A stretch of 64,000 nt of DNA, from assembly GCF_008831285.2 (NCBI RefSeq), contig NC_045138.2:20212001-20276000 (forward strand), given 5' to 3'. Both the position numbers and the translations under genes were made by a program. The notes under the pieces were generated by a model. That model saw only the letters and a list, made by a program, of their open reading frames with translations, searched no databases and was not told the DNA's origin. This DNA comes from Nymphaea colorata (Eukaryota). Positions within the stretch are counted from its first letter, which is position 1. Each line of letters begins with the position of its first letter. Below are positions 1 through 11,423 of this stretch, piece after piece.

Positions 1-784
1 TATGGAGCTCTACCATAATAAAAAAAGCTCGGCCCTTTCCACAAAATGTTACAAGACGTGAAGACAATTCTATAGAACCTCTAAAAAGGCAGGGACCATT
101 TCGTGAAAAGTCTTAATATGGGTCAGACATCATTTGCAAGAGTTGCAACACACCACTTTGCTTTGCTCCCTGCCATCTTTGTATTTGTTGACTGGTTTCT
201 AGCATTGATGTAGTTGTCTTTACTGGAAGGGAGATTATAACTTATATGTGTCAATCATTGGCATAAGATATTGTTCTCGTGTTTTTATTGGCGAGTTCTT
301 TTTGGCAGTAAACTGGAATGTAGTTCTCGGGAAAATCTCAAGAAAGTATCTGGAATTCAAAAAATTAAAAATTAAAAGAAAAATTATGAAACTATAAGAT
401 TTTGACTAATTTTCTTGAAAAAACATTAATCAAAATCCAAATAATTATTAAAAAATTAAAAGAGGTATCAAGAAATTTAAAATATATTGAAAACAAAATT
501 TTCTGGGAAAAGGGAACAAATGCAAAAAAAAGGTGTGACATCTCATTTATCTTTTTTTTCAAAATATCATGGTTTTTCGTTTTTTTTTTTTTTGCTTTAA
601 ATTCCTTTTTTTTTGCTTCATTTTTTTTTTGAAAAAAAAACTGTGATATTTGTCATGGGGTTATCAGTTTGCCAATTTAATCAACAAACTGGCAGTCATC
701 AATTCCTCTTTCTTCTGAAAGACGTTTGATGTCAATTATTGAGTTACTGGGGAATAAAGAAGCCAACTGATCATTTGTTTGTAG

Positions 785-3441
785 GATGTGTGTGTTCCTT
801 TATCACGCCTTGCCGAATGCATTTCAAAATCGAAAATTGAACTTGATGCTTCACCACTGGTCTGGTAAATTCATGTTACTTTAATGAATTTCTCTCAAAT
901 TCGCTAAAGGGTTCAGCTACATCCATATATTAACACCTTCATCTTGTCTGCTTGTCATCAGCACGGTGATTGCCCATGCAGGTGATGGGAATTTTCATAC
1001 ATTTATCTTGTTTGATCCAAACAATGAGGAGCACCTTCGGGAAGCTGAAAGATTGAACCATTTTATGGTTGACACTGCTTTATCTATGGAAGGTATTTTA
1101 ATCATTGAATCAAATGAATATAGCAAACAGTAATGAGAATTTAACATAGACTATATAGTATATACATTCCAGAGTGAAGCAGTTCCAGTTGACAGGTTTT
1201 GGTTGCAATTTGAGTTTGCATGTTGTTTTATGCCTTGCGTTGAACATAACATTTATGATTAAGCAACTGTGCCTTTCCTGCCTATAGCATGTCAAATTAG
1301 TTATGTCATTGTCATAAAGATGAATGGCATTACAGCTGTTACACATAATGAGGTATGGTATGGAGCACTTTCATGAGGCAACAGGTGACCAGTCCCATTA
1401 AGGCAATAAAAAATGAAAAACGAAAAATTGGGGGTTCGCAAAGGAGAATCATAAATTGCTTAACAATCAAGTACATGTATTGCATGTGAAAGGAGGTAAA
1501 TGCATGTAAATTCTGCAATTACAGCTGTTTGGTTGATTGGGTTGTTAGGGTTCGCTTTATTGTCTATATTTTCTTCACAATTGAAATTCTATGCTAGCTT
1601 CCAATCAGTTGTTCTTAGATTTGATTTAAGGAATCAGTTAAAAAGCATCAGAATGGTTGGACGTGGTCAATTTTCTCTGTTATGAACAGCGACTGCAAAA
1701 AATCAAAGTCTGTTATGCCTATTGTTTTCCTGCGTATTAAACTATCATATCTGTTCGAAGTTTCAAAATTTAGCTTCAAATCTCCAACCAAATATTTGTT
1801 TCTTCCTTTCTTAGTTGTTCTGTTTTTGTGAGGTACACATAATCATGGAACTGTGGAATGGCTATAACAATAGCTTATATTTTCTTATGTTATGCAAGTG
1901 TTTGCATGAACTATTTGTTCTTACAGCTCAAGCCTTTCATTCTCCTGCATTATTTCAAGAACCATCTCCTAGTCTTAAATCTTTAGTCCTTCTTTATTTT
2001 TCCTCCAACTTTCATACGGACTACCTGTTTCTTATGGTTTCTAAACTTTCGTTGGCCTTGTACATTACTCTAAGCAGGGACCTGTACAGGAGAACATGGT
2101 GTTGGTTCTGGTAAAATGAAGGTACCTTTTTGCACTTTACCATGAAACACTTTTTATTTGAGTTTTAATCATGTGGGTGACAATGACAAATATGTTTTAT
2201 GTTTAATTCTCCTGATCATTCCTCCTATCATGCTATTTTGTAATTTATGCTATCAAAACTCAAAAGATGGATGAAAGAACCTTATCCATGTAAATTATAT
2301 TTCCTGGCCTACTTAGTCTTCAATGTTGGACTCCTGAAAAAGATTAGTTTCTCGTAATCCATTGGTTAATCGTGATAAAGCTTTGTAATGGTAAAATTTT
2401 GCATCAGAAGATAACTTCTTGTTGCATAATCACAAGTTCTCACACTTCAAAGAATGCACGACCATAAAAATAGATGATTACAGACAAAATTGCACAAACT
2501 ACAAATATGGTTATGTTATAAGTGGTTTTATTCACATGCTTCCAAAAGAGAACCATTATATGCTTATTCAGTCATCTGAATTCATTGAGAGTTGGTTTGG
2601 ATTTATGGTGAACCAAAAGGGAGATCAGTGGCATATTTCATCAAGGTATGTCCAAGCTGGAGATGTTCAAGAACATCAAACACTGCAAGTCAATAACAAT
2701 GTAGAAGTTTGATGGTCAAGCTTGTCGCAAGAAAACCGTTGATTATAGTAGTACAAAAGAAATTAATGAAATTCATGAATACCTACATGAACACATATCT
2801 CATTGATTGTTGTCATGTCACATGTCAGAATACACATCTGTTATGCGGTGGATTTAATTTTCTCCAGCAGAATGGATAATTTTTGGTGTTTATAATAGTT
2901 TTGCAAACATCGTTGTACAAGTATAGTCAACTTCATCTGTGAAGTTTTAAGAACACAAGCAGATGAATAAGAATCTGCCTGGCCCCCTATATCGGACTGA
3001 TATACTAATGCAATCTTAGTGCTACATTTGTGTCTATTCTTGCATACCTCTTAAGATTGAACTCTGCAAATTCAGCTTCATGTTGACAGTACAAAAGTGG
3101 TCAATTCTTTCACATTCTCTCCTTTATTCAGGTTCTAACCTCTATATTACTTTCTTTTAGTATTTTATCTATGTATGTTTGAGCATTATGTTCTTCATGC
3201 CTTTCTTTCGAACCCAAACACTTACCATCTCTTGCCAATGATATGTGTGACCTTGAAGTGCAAGTTTCTTTTGGATATATTCCTGCCAATCTTACAAACG
3301 CGCTAAAATTTCCCATTTTAGTATCTAGAGAAGGAGCTGGGCATCCAAGCGCTGAGGACCATGAAAAAAATAAAGACTGCTTTGGATCCGAATGACATCA
3401 TGAACCCAGGAAAGCTCATTCCTCCACACGTTTGTTTTTAA
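785..3441 (+). CDS. DLD: D-lactate dehydrogenase [cytochrome], mitochondrial (FAD-linked oxidase C-terminal domain); last four exons, 5' part lies outside the window
   Basis: Phase-consistent GT-AG exons 785-864, 962-1092, 2078-2121 and 3322-3441. They translate to DVCVPLSRLAECISKSKIELDASPLVC-TVIAHAGDGNFH...ALSMEG-TCTGEHGVGSGKMK-YLEKELG...LDPNDIMNPGKLIPPHVCF*. HAGDGNFH, GEHGVG and DPxxIMNPGK are FAD-oxidase_C motifs. Missed by the ORF track. Confidence 0.95.
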
Positions 3442-4503
3442 CAAGCCATTTTTGCATACAATATCGTTTTTTCTCCTTTCTTTCCCATTTGCAAGTTGTT
3501 GTTAGGCAGTCCTACCAGATAAACTCCAAGAAGGTCCCCTGCGTATTAAGCTCTTGATCTTCTTCAACTTGATGGACTGAAGTCCAATGCAAGCCTGGTG
3601 GAGAGAGCTCTTATTTTATTGGCATATCCTGTTGTGTTATTGTATTTGCAAAATAAATACTCTTGTACGGACATATATTCTCACAAAATAATTTGCATAA
3701 TTGCTAGGCAATCTAAATCCTTTGTCAGCTGCAAGCCTGCATGTAAAAGTTGCCTTATCTAGATCAATATGAACCACATTGAACACTTGGACTTAGGGTC
3801 TTTTATGGCAGTAGGCTTTCCAGTATTGAAAGTGAGGTAGATCGGCTCATTTTGGCTAGAAAAGAGGGCTTGGAGCGCTCATTTTCTGCTGGAAAGTGAG
3901 GGGCTTTGATGCCCTCCATCTCAGACAGAAAAAGAGAGCCTCAGCCCTCCTTCTTGGCTATGAAACAGAGAGGAGATAAACCCTCAGAGGAGATAAACCC
4001 TCGGCCACCTTGGTCGAGCGTTTGAGAATTGAGAGTGAGAGAAAGTCGAAGAACACCAACCAGGCTGCCAACTTTCAAATATGGTATACATGCCTAACGC
4101 ACATCAAACAGTGCTCGGACCGAACAGTCTACTACTTCTCCTCCTTGTGGAAAACATCCTTCCATGTTGGGCAGTTCGAGTTGCGCGCATACTTTTGTAC
4201 ATGCAACAACAAGAATGCACCAAAAGAGGTGGAGGGCATTTTTGATTTTTTTTATAAAACAATGGGTATTTTAGGCTTTTTGACTTTTTCTAAAAAAGTT
4301 TTTTTAAATTTAGATAAGGGTACTTTGGTCATTATACATCATATGCATAAGTTTTCGTGCAAATCCTGGGAATGTGAAAATAACGTGCTTCCACTGCTGG
4401 GCCCATCTGCCCTTCTAAAGACAGCTAGGTCCAATGTTATCTTATCAACGGAAGTCTTTCAACTCTTAAGCAGTAAACGAGACCCAAACCTACCGGAGAA
4501 AGT

Positions 4504-5496
4504 ATGAGAAAGGAGGTTCCATTTGAAGTGGAAAATTTCAGAGGCATCGTCCGAGTTTTCAGCGATGGAAGCGTGATCCGATCGGATGATCCTTCTGCCA
4601 AGGTCCCCATCGAAGACGATGGCTCCATCGCTTGGAAGGACTTCACTTTCGACAACTCCTTCTCCCTCCAACTCCGCATCTACAAGCCTTCCTCCATCCC
4701 TGATCAGAAGAAGCTTCCCATCTACATCTACTTTCTAGCAGGAGGCTTCTGCTTTGGTTCGAGAACGTGGCCCATTTTTCACAACTTCTGCCTTCGTCTT
4801 GCCTCTCGTCTTCAAGCTGTCGTCATCGCTCCCGATCACCGCTGGGCCCCCGAATACCCACTTCCATCTGCAATCGATGATGCCTTTACTGCTATTAAAT
4901 GGGTACAAACTGAATTTCGCATGAAAAATTCAGCCTCTTCTCTCATGGATTTCGCTGATCCTAAACAGGTCTACATATCTGGGAATTCATCTGGTGGGAA
5001 CATCTGTCACCATCTTGCTGTAGGATTTGCTGCCCAAAATCTCTCACCACTGTCTGTGAGAGGATACATCCTGATCACCCCAGGATTTAGTAGTGAGAAG
5101 AGATCTCCTGCAGAGCTATCTTGTCCAGCCAGCGACCTTTATATTATTGAGCATCATGACTGTCTATGGAAACTTGCAGTGCCAAAAGGTTCCACAAGGA
5201 ACCATCCGCTAGCGAACCCGCTTGGTCCAAATGGCAAGGATCTGAGTTCAATCAAGTTCTCCCCAGTCCTTGTAGTCACGGGAACTCGCGACTTGATCCG
5301 TGACAGACAGACGGCTTATGTGGAAAAACTTAGAGGCATTGGTAGCCATGCGGACATGGTGGTGTTTGATGGGGAGCGACATAACTTCAATTACTACAAT
5401 CCAAAGTCTGCGGCTAACAGTGAACTCATGGATCGAATCAAGAGCTTCATGGCTGCCACTAGTGGCGAAACTTGTAAGTCCAGGTCTCGTCTTTGA
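4504..5496 (+). CDS. CXE15: CXE15-like carboxylesterase (alpha/beta hydrolase_3), intronless, 330 aa; variant motifs and C-terminal SRL
   Basis: Shows VRVFSDGSVIRS, LQLRIYKP, GGFCFGSRTWPxFHNFC, GNSSGGN (nucleophile elbow), HPLANP, D in GTRDLIRD and H in GERHNF. Closely resembles the CXE15 clade. HGGG is replaced by LAGG. Confidence 0.9.
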   Translation: MRKEVPFEVENFRGIVRVFSDGSVIRSDDPSAKVPIEDDGSIAWKDFTFDNSFSLQLRIYKPSSIPDQKKLPIYIYFLAGGFCFGSRTWPIFHNFCLRLASRLQAVVIAPDHRWAPEYPLPSAIDDAFTAIKWVQTEFRMKNSASSLMDFADPKQVYISGNSSGGNICHHLAVGFAAQNLSPLSVRGYILITPGFSSEKRSPAELSCPASDLYIIEHHDCLWKLAVPKGSTRNHPLANPLGPNGKDLSSIKFSPVLVVTGTRDLIRDRQTAYVEKLRGIGSHADMVVFDGERHNFNYYNPKSAANSELMDRIKSFMAATSGETCKSRSRL

Positions 5497-6302
5497 TCCA
5501 ACCAACCTGGGCTTATGATCCCTCCAGAAGGCATTGGTGTGCCCCTACTTTTGTCCTCTCCTTTGTGCCTGGTTTGTTTCCTTTATCTTCAATGAAGGTG
5601 AAAACTCTTTTAAGGCCCTTTAGTGGGCACTAGATCAGACATGCAGTGATTGAGTAATGCATCTTGAATATTTATTGGTTGATTTGAATATTACAGGAGT
5701 CGTCTTGTGTCATGGTAACATTTGTGTTGTGGCGGCTGTCATGTTAATTAGTATTTAAGATATTCTTGAGATATACAAATTATACTTAAAAAATTCTTCA
5801 CTTTATAATACCGGGACACAATATATGTGACAAAGATTACACGATATATGTGACAAAGATTTGAACTTAGATGAAGTGATGGGTGAAAACAAATGAATCA
5901 AACAATCAGGGAAAATAAATGTATGAGCAGGCAATGAGTTGTCAGAAATGTTAAAATATAAATATTTTATTCCCTCTTGCCAGACCATTACGCTGACACA
6001 CTAGTCACTTAATTTCTATGTGCACGTGAAAATAATTATATTTTAAGCGACATAATTTGCAAAACGATTAATTGGTTCAAAGGTCAATTTCATTATAAGC
6101 GACCGATCCACTAATTAACAACGAGGAATCTATCTTGTACATAATTAACAACGAGGAATCTATCTTGTACATAAATTTATTTGATCGTGTGCACAAATGT
6201 ATATGAAAATTTGATTATCTAAGCAACCAAATCTTCTTATAAAATCTCCATCCAAGTGGAAGCAATGAGAGTGAGCTGCGTGCAACACTTGGTGCTTGTA
6301 GG

Positions 6303-6514
6303 TAAGGCTGGGCACCAAGCCAGACTGCCGGCAGGTACTCGATATTCAGTTGGACTCGGGCCACGTTGGAAAAAAAGACATTGGGCTTAATAATTTATTT
6401 AAATTATTTATTTCATTAATATATATATATATATAATATTTTATTACAAATAATTATATTATTTTATATTAAAAATATATTTTTTAATGTAATCGGAGCG
6501 GATCAGCCGGATTA
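6303..6514. mobile_element. hAT-type MITE (TAAGGCTGGGCA family) inserted in the promoter of the CXE pseudogene copy
   Basis: Perfect 8-bp TSD CTTGTAGG at 6295-6302 and 6515-6522. The paralogous promoter (~8597-8604) has a single CTTGTAGG, i.e. the empty site. AT-rich core. A matching right terminus, TGTCCAGCCTTA, occurs at ~49218-49229. Confidence 0.8.
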
Positions 6515-6768
6515 CTTGTAGGCTAAAAAAAAAGGTGGGACTTGGTATTTTGGAAATTATTTAAAAAAAGATGTCCTTTTTTTAAAATTTTTAGCCTTTT
6601 TTTTTAATTTTCCAATACAAAAGTTTTCTTTTTCTATTCTATTAATCAAGAGCACTTTAACATGTGCACCAACTAGTGTATATAACCAGCTCCTCAGAGT
6701 AACTAAGGACCAAAGAAAGAGAGAGGGAGATGAAAGAGTGAGCAAGAGAGAGAGGGGGGGAGGGAGAG

Positions 6769-7716
6769 ATGGAAAAGGAAGCTCCTTTGGAAGTAGAAAA
6801 CTATGAAGACTTAGTTCGAGTTTTTAGCGACTGAAGTGTAGAACGTGCAGATGATCCCTATGCGAAGGCTCCTCTCAAAGATGATCTTGGCTCTGTCATA
6901 TGGAAAGACTAACACTTTTGATCATTCTTTCTCCCTTCAAGTTCGCATCTACAGTCCTTCTTCCATTCCACCAAACAAGAAGCTACCCATCTACATCTAC
7001 ATTCATGGTGGTGGTTACTGTTCATCTTCCACAACTATTGCTACCATCTTGCTTCCAAGCTTCAAGTGGTTGTTGTTGCTCCTGACTACCGTCTAGCACC
7101 TGAAAACCCACTTCCGGCTGCCATTGATGATGCCTTTACGGCCATCAAGTGGGTACAATCTCAGTTTCGCTTTAAAGATTCAGCCTCTTGTCTCATCAAT
7201 TCGGCCGATCCCCATCGCGTTTACGTGAGTGGGGAGACTCGGCTGGTCGAAACAGGACTTGGGACCCTAGAAATTTCACCGCTGTGCATTTTAATTACGC
7301 CAGCCTTTGGTTGTGAAAGGAGAACCTATTCGGAGCTGTTAAGTGCCGTTAGATCTCTCAATAACATGGAAAACTTTGACTGCTTGTTCGACTTGCGCTA
7401 CGAAGAGGATCAACAAGGGAAGCATCCACTAGCAAACCCATGCGGTTCCAACAGCATGGACTTCACCTTCATCAGTATCCCATCAATGCTAGTAGTCGTG
7501 GCTGGCCGCGATGCCTTCCATGATAGACACTTGGCTTATGTGCAGGCACTCAAAGGCATGGGTCGAGATGTGGAGATGGTGCTACTTGAAGGTGAAAAGC
7601 ATTCATTTACCTTGTTCCGCCCTGACTCTCGGCCAAGCACGGAACTTGTGGCTCGAATTATGAGCTTCATTGTTGCCACCAGCGGTGAGGCTGGCAAGAC
7701 AAGGTCTCTACTTTGA
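6769..7716 (+). pseudogene. CXE15-like carboxylesterase pseudogene (duplicate of 8820-9815)
   Basis: ATG at 6769, then a premature TGA at 6832-6834 (GGA in the intact copy). There is a +1 insertion near 6910 (gactAacact), a deletion after HGGGYC, and frameshifts/deletions around the GDSAG motif. Ends KTRSLL* like the intact copy. Confidence 0.93.
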
Positions 7717-8076
7717 TCGAACTTAGCAGTCAAAATCGATTGTGTCTTCCTTTTCCATACCATACTCTTCTTGTCTTACATTTTCTATTTCTTGTCTTAC
7801 ATTTTCTATGTGTAATATGTGTCCGGAGTGTTTTAATTAGATGGAAATGTTCTTGTTGGTGTCTTCCTCTTCCATATCATCTTCTTGTCTTACAGTTTAT
7901 GTGTATGTAATATGTGTCCAGAGTGTTTTAATTAGATGAGAATGTTCTTGTATAATACCCATACACGATATATATGACACTGATTTCAACTTACATGAAT
8001 TGATGGGTAAAAACAAATGAACCAAGCAATCAGTAATTGTAGAAAACAAATGTACGGGGGCACAATGATTTGTCAG

Positions 8077-8275
8077 CAGGGGCGGAGGGAGGGGGAGGGC
8101 CACCTTGGCCATGGCCGCACCCCACCCAATTGAAAAAAAAAAAAATATTGAAAAAATTAAAAATCTTTAGTTGTGCCATGTATTGTTTGGATTCAAATTC
8201 AGTTTGGTCATACCAAGATGTAGAGGTTGTTTTGTTGACTTACCCTTAAAAAAAAAAATCCTAGCTCTGCCCCTA
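8077..8275. mobile_element. hAT-type MITE (CAGGGGCGGAG family)
   Basis: TIRs CAGGGGCGGAG / CTCTGCCCCTA. Perfect 8-bp TSD TTTGTCAG at 8069-8076 and 8276-8283. The empty site is visible in the paralogous promoter at ~5938-5965 (ttgtcagaaatgttaaaatataaat). Confidence 0.9.
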
Positions 8276-8819
8276 TTTGTCAGAAATACTAAAATATAAA
8301 TAGTGACCATTACGAGGACATTAAAGTCACTTAATTTATATGTGCACGTGAAAAGAACTATATTTTAAGCCCCATAATTTGCAACACGATTAATTGGTTG
8401 AAATGTCAATTTCATTATAAGCGATCGATCACTAATTAACCACGAGGAGTCTACCTTGTACATAAATTTATTGTACAAATTTATTTGATCGTGTGCATAG
8501 ATGTACATGAAAATTTGATTATCTAAGCAACTAAATCTTCTGATAAAATCTATCTCCTCCATCAAGTGGAAGCAACGAGAATGAGTTGCGTGCACGCTTG
8601 TAGGCTAAAAAAGGGGTGGGATGTGAAGCTATTTAAAAAGAGATGTTTTTTTAATCTTTTTTTTTTAAATTTTCCTTTTTATCAATACGAAAGGTTTCTT
8701 TTTCTATTCTATTAATAGTTTTGGCATGTGCACCAACGAGTGTATATAACCAGCTCCGAGAAGTAACTAAGGACCAAAGAAAGAGAGAGGGAGATCAAAG
8801 AGTGAGCAAGGAGGGAGAG

Positions 8820-9815
8820 ATGGTAAAGGAAGCTCCATTCGAAGTAGAAAACTATGGAGGCCTAGTTCGAGTCTTTAGCGACGGAAGTGTGAAACGTGCA
8901 GATGATCCCTACGCGAAGGCTCCTCTCAAAGATGATCTTGGCTCTGTCATATGGAAAGACTACACTTTTGATCATTCTTTCTCCCTTCAACTTCGCATCT
9001 ACAGGCCTTCTTCCATTCCACCAAACAAGAAGCTATCCATCTACATCTACATTCATGGTGGTGGTTACTGTTATGGATCTCGAACCTGGACCATGTTCCA
9101 CAACTATTGCCACCATCTTGCCTCCAAGCTTCAAGTGGTTGTTGTTGCCCCTGATTACCGTCTAGCACCTGAAAACCCACTTCCGGCAGCCATTGATGAT
9201 GCCTTTACAGCCGTCAAGTGGGTACAATCTCAGTTTCTCTTTAAAGATTCAGCCTCTTGTCTCATCGATTCGGCCGATCCCCAACGTGTTTACTTGAGTG
9301 GGGACTCGGCTGGCGGAAATGCCTGCCACCATTTATCCGTCGGACTTGCGACCCTAAACATTTCGCCGCTGTGTATTAGAGGTTACATTTTGATTACCCC
9401 AGCTTTTGGTGGCGTAAGGAGAACCTATTCGGAGCTGTTAAGTCCTCTTAGATCTCTCACTAACATGGAAAACTTCGACTGCTTGTTCCGACTTGCGCTA
9501 CCAAGAGGATCAACAAGGGACCATCCACTATCAAATCCATGGGGTCCGGACAGCATGGACTTGGCCTTGATCGGTATCCCACCAATGCTAGTAGTCGTGG
9601 CTGGCCGCGACGCCTTCCGAGATCGACACTTGGCTTATGTGCAGGCACTTAAAGGTATGGGAAGAGACGTGGAGATGGTGCTATTTGAAAGTGAAAAACA
9701 TTCATTTACCTTGTTCCGCTCTGACTCTCGGGCAAACACTGAACTCATGGCTCGAATTATGAGCTTCATTGTTGCCACCGGCGGTGAGGCTGGCAAGACA
9801 AGGTCTCTGCTTTGA
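8820..9815 (+). CDS. CXE15: CXE15-like carboxylesterase, intronless, 331 aa, canonical catalytic motifs, C-terminal SLL
   Basis: ATG at 8820 (MVKEAPFEVENY), aligned with the other copies; the ORF-track start at 8721 is a non-ATG extension. Intact HGGG, DYRLAPENPLPAA, GDSAGGN, D (GRDAFRD) and H (SEKHSF). TATA-like TATATAA at ~8743. Confidence 0.93.
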   Translation: MVKEAPFEVENYGGLVRVFSDGSVKRADDPYAKAPLKDDLGSVIWKDYTFDHSFSLQLRIYRPSSIPPNKKLSIYIYIHGGGYCYGSRTWTMFHNYCHHLASKLQVVVVAPDYRLAPENPLPAAIDDAFTAVKWVQSQFLFKDSASCLIDSADPQRVYLSGDSAGGNACHHLSVGLATLNISPLCIRGYILITPAFGGVRRTYSELLSPLRSLTNMENFDCLFRLALPRGSTRDHPLSNPWGPDSMDLALIGIPPMLVVVAGRDAFRDRHLAYVQALKGMGRDVEMVLFESEKHSFTLFRSDSRANTELMARIMSFIVATGGEAGKTRSLL

Positions 9816-10782
9816 TCGAACTTAGCAGTCTGAAATCGATCGCGTCTTCCATTTCCATATCAACTTCTTGTCTTACGTTTTCTGTATATGTAATATGTGT
9901 TAATTAGATGGGAATGTTCTTGTTGGTCTTTTATATATTAAAGAACATTTTTGGCAAAAAGATTCATTCTTCTCTGCCAGGCTGATCTTGGATACTGAAT
10001 TCTTCATCTCATTCGACATATAGATCTTCTTGTCCATCCCTTGGCTTAGGCTAGTTGGAATAGTATGTCGGCTTCACCAAGAAATGCATAATAGTATCAT
10101 TTTGCCCGTCTAGCCCGTGATTCGTTGTTGAATCACATCAACTATTGTTCCAATTTAAGATTTGATTTAATTCATGAAGCCAGAATCATCTAAAATTTGA
10201 TAGCAAACCCTTCAATATGGTTGCCACACGAATACGCCATGACATGTAAAGCATAAATTATATTGCCTTTTCATGTAGGAAATACGCAACTTGATTTTTA
10301 CAACGGCACCATGATATTAATTAATGGTGTTGACTTTCTCGAGGTGGTCGCGTCCACAAACCATTGTGTTTAACCTAGTTATATATATATATATATATCA
10401 TCCGCTGATCTTCCTTATTTTTTTATCTTCACCTAGTCTTCTTTCCATTTTGTATTCTATATATTTTTTCACATATACGATATGCATATACAACATAGAT
10501 AACGATGAATGTAGAGGTTCAGTGTGTCCAATGATCAGTAATCAAATAAAGATTTTATTCACCGACAGCCGGTTTTCCACGCATCGGTGAAACCACTTTT
10601 TTTTTTTGTACTGTAAGCATAGATGACAACATGGTAGATATATTAATCACTAATTAAAGTCCCCAAGAAAAAAACATGGTTGTTTTTGTTTTTTGTTAAA
10701 GCAAAACATGTGTTTCCAATGTTATTTGGAGCAATAATTGATTATTCCTTTTTCAATTGAATCATATTTAGATTTACACGAA

Positions 10783-11293
10783 TTTGGAGCAATATTGATG
10801 TGATTCAACAAAGAATCATAGGCTAGACGGGGCAAAATGATATTATTAAGGATTTGTTTGTGAAGCCGCCAGATTGTTCCAACTGGCCAAGGGATTGTCA
10901 TGAAGATCTCATGTGGAATGAGACGAAGAGTTCTGTGTCCAAGAAATATTGAAAGAATTTTTTTCTGCTAAAAATGTTCTTTAGTACATGAAAGAGCAAC
11001 AAGAACATCCCCATCTCAACACTCCGGACACATATTACATATAAAGCAAATGTAAGACAGACAATATGAAAATAGTAGATAATACATTGTGGTACATGAT
11101 CCAGGTCTGAGATCCAAAACAATAACCACCACCATGAATACAGATGTAGATGGGTAGCTTCTTGTTTGGTGGAATAGAAGAGGGAAGGTAGATGAGAAGT
11201 TGAAGGGAGAAAGAGTGATGAATCCATACGACAGATCCATCAATCTTTGAGAGGAGCCCTGGCATAGGGATCATCTACACGTTGCACACTTCC
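10783..11293 (-). pseudogene. Inverted, internally deleted CXE duplicate (5' coding part fused directly to the 3' flank)
   Basis: The reverse complement of 11085-11293 encodes GSVQRVDDPYARAPLK...SFSLQLLIYLPSSIPPNKKLPIYICIHGGGYCFGSQTWIMYHN with frameshifts (matches ~8882-9108). The reverse complement of 10783-11070 matches the 3' flank at ~9865-10153. Confidence 0.9.
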
Positions 11294-11294
11294 G

Positions 11295-11423
11295 ACGAGT
11301 CGAGCTCGAACACAGTCTCTCGAGTCAAGTTCAAGTTGGATTTGTGAAGCTCGTGTCGAGCTCGAGCTTACTAAACATGAGTCAAGCCAAGCTCGAGCTC
11401 GATTTGGCTCGTGTACAACCCTA
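11295..11423. mobile_element. GAGCTCGA-rich MITE fragment truncating the inverted CXE copy
   Basis: Dense CGAGCTCG subrepeats ending in a TAGGG-type terminus (GTGTACAACCCTA). Same style as 28375-28830. Confidence 0.65.

Larger units (their letters stand above)
5840..9925 (+). repeat. Tandem duplication of a ~2-kb promoter+CXE+3' flank unit (copy 1 ~5840-7950, copy 2 ~7960-9925)
   Basis: Non-coding flanks align, e.g. 5840 cacgatatatgtgacaaagatttgaactta vs 7964 cacgatatatatgacactgatttcaactta, and 6660 catgtgcaccaactagtgtatataaccagctcc vs 8725. The coding and 3' regions are also collinear. Confidence 0.9.

Noticed and set aside
4010..4507. 165-aa ORF overlapping the CXE start (ATGA)
   Set aside because: Non-ATG start, no recognisable domain, and it runs through AT-rich promoter-like sequence; likely a chance ORF.
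8721..8819. 33-aa N-terminal extension of the second intact CXE
   Set aside because: Begins at TTG, spans the TATA box and the GA-rich leader; paralogues start at the ATG equivalent to 8820.
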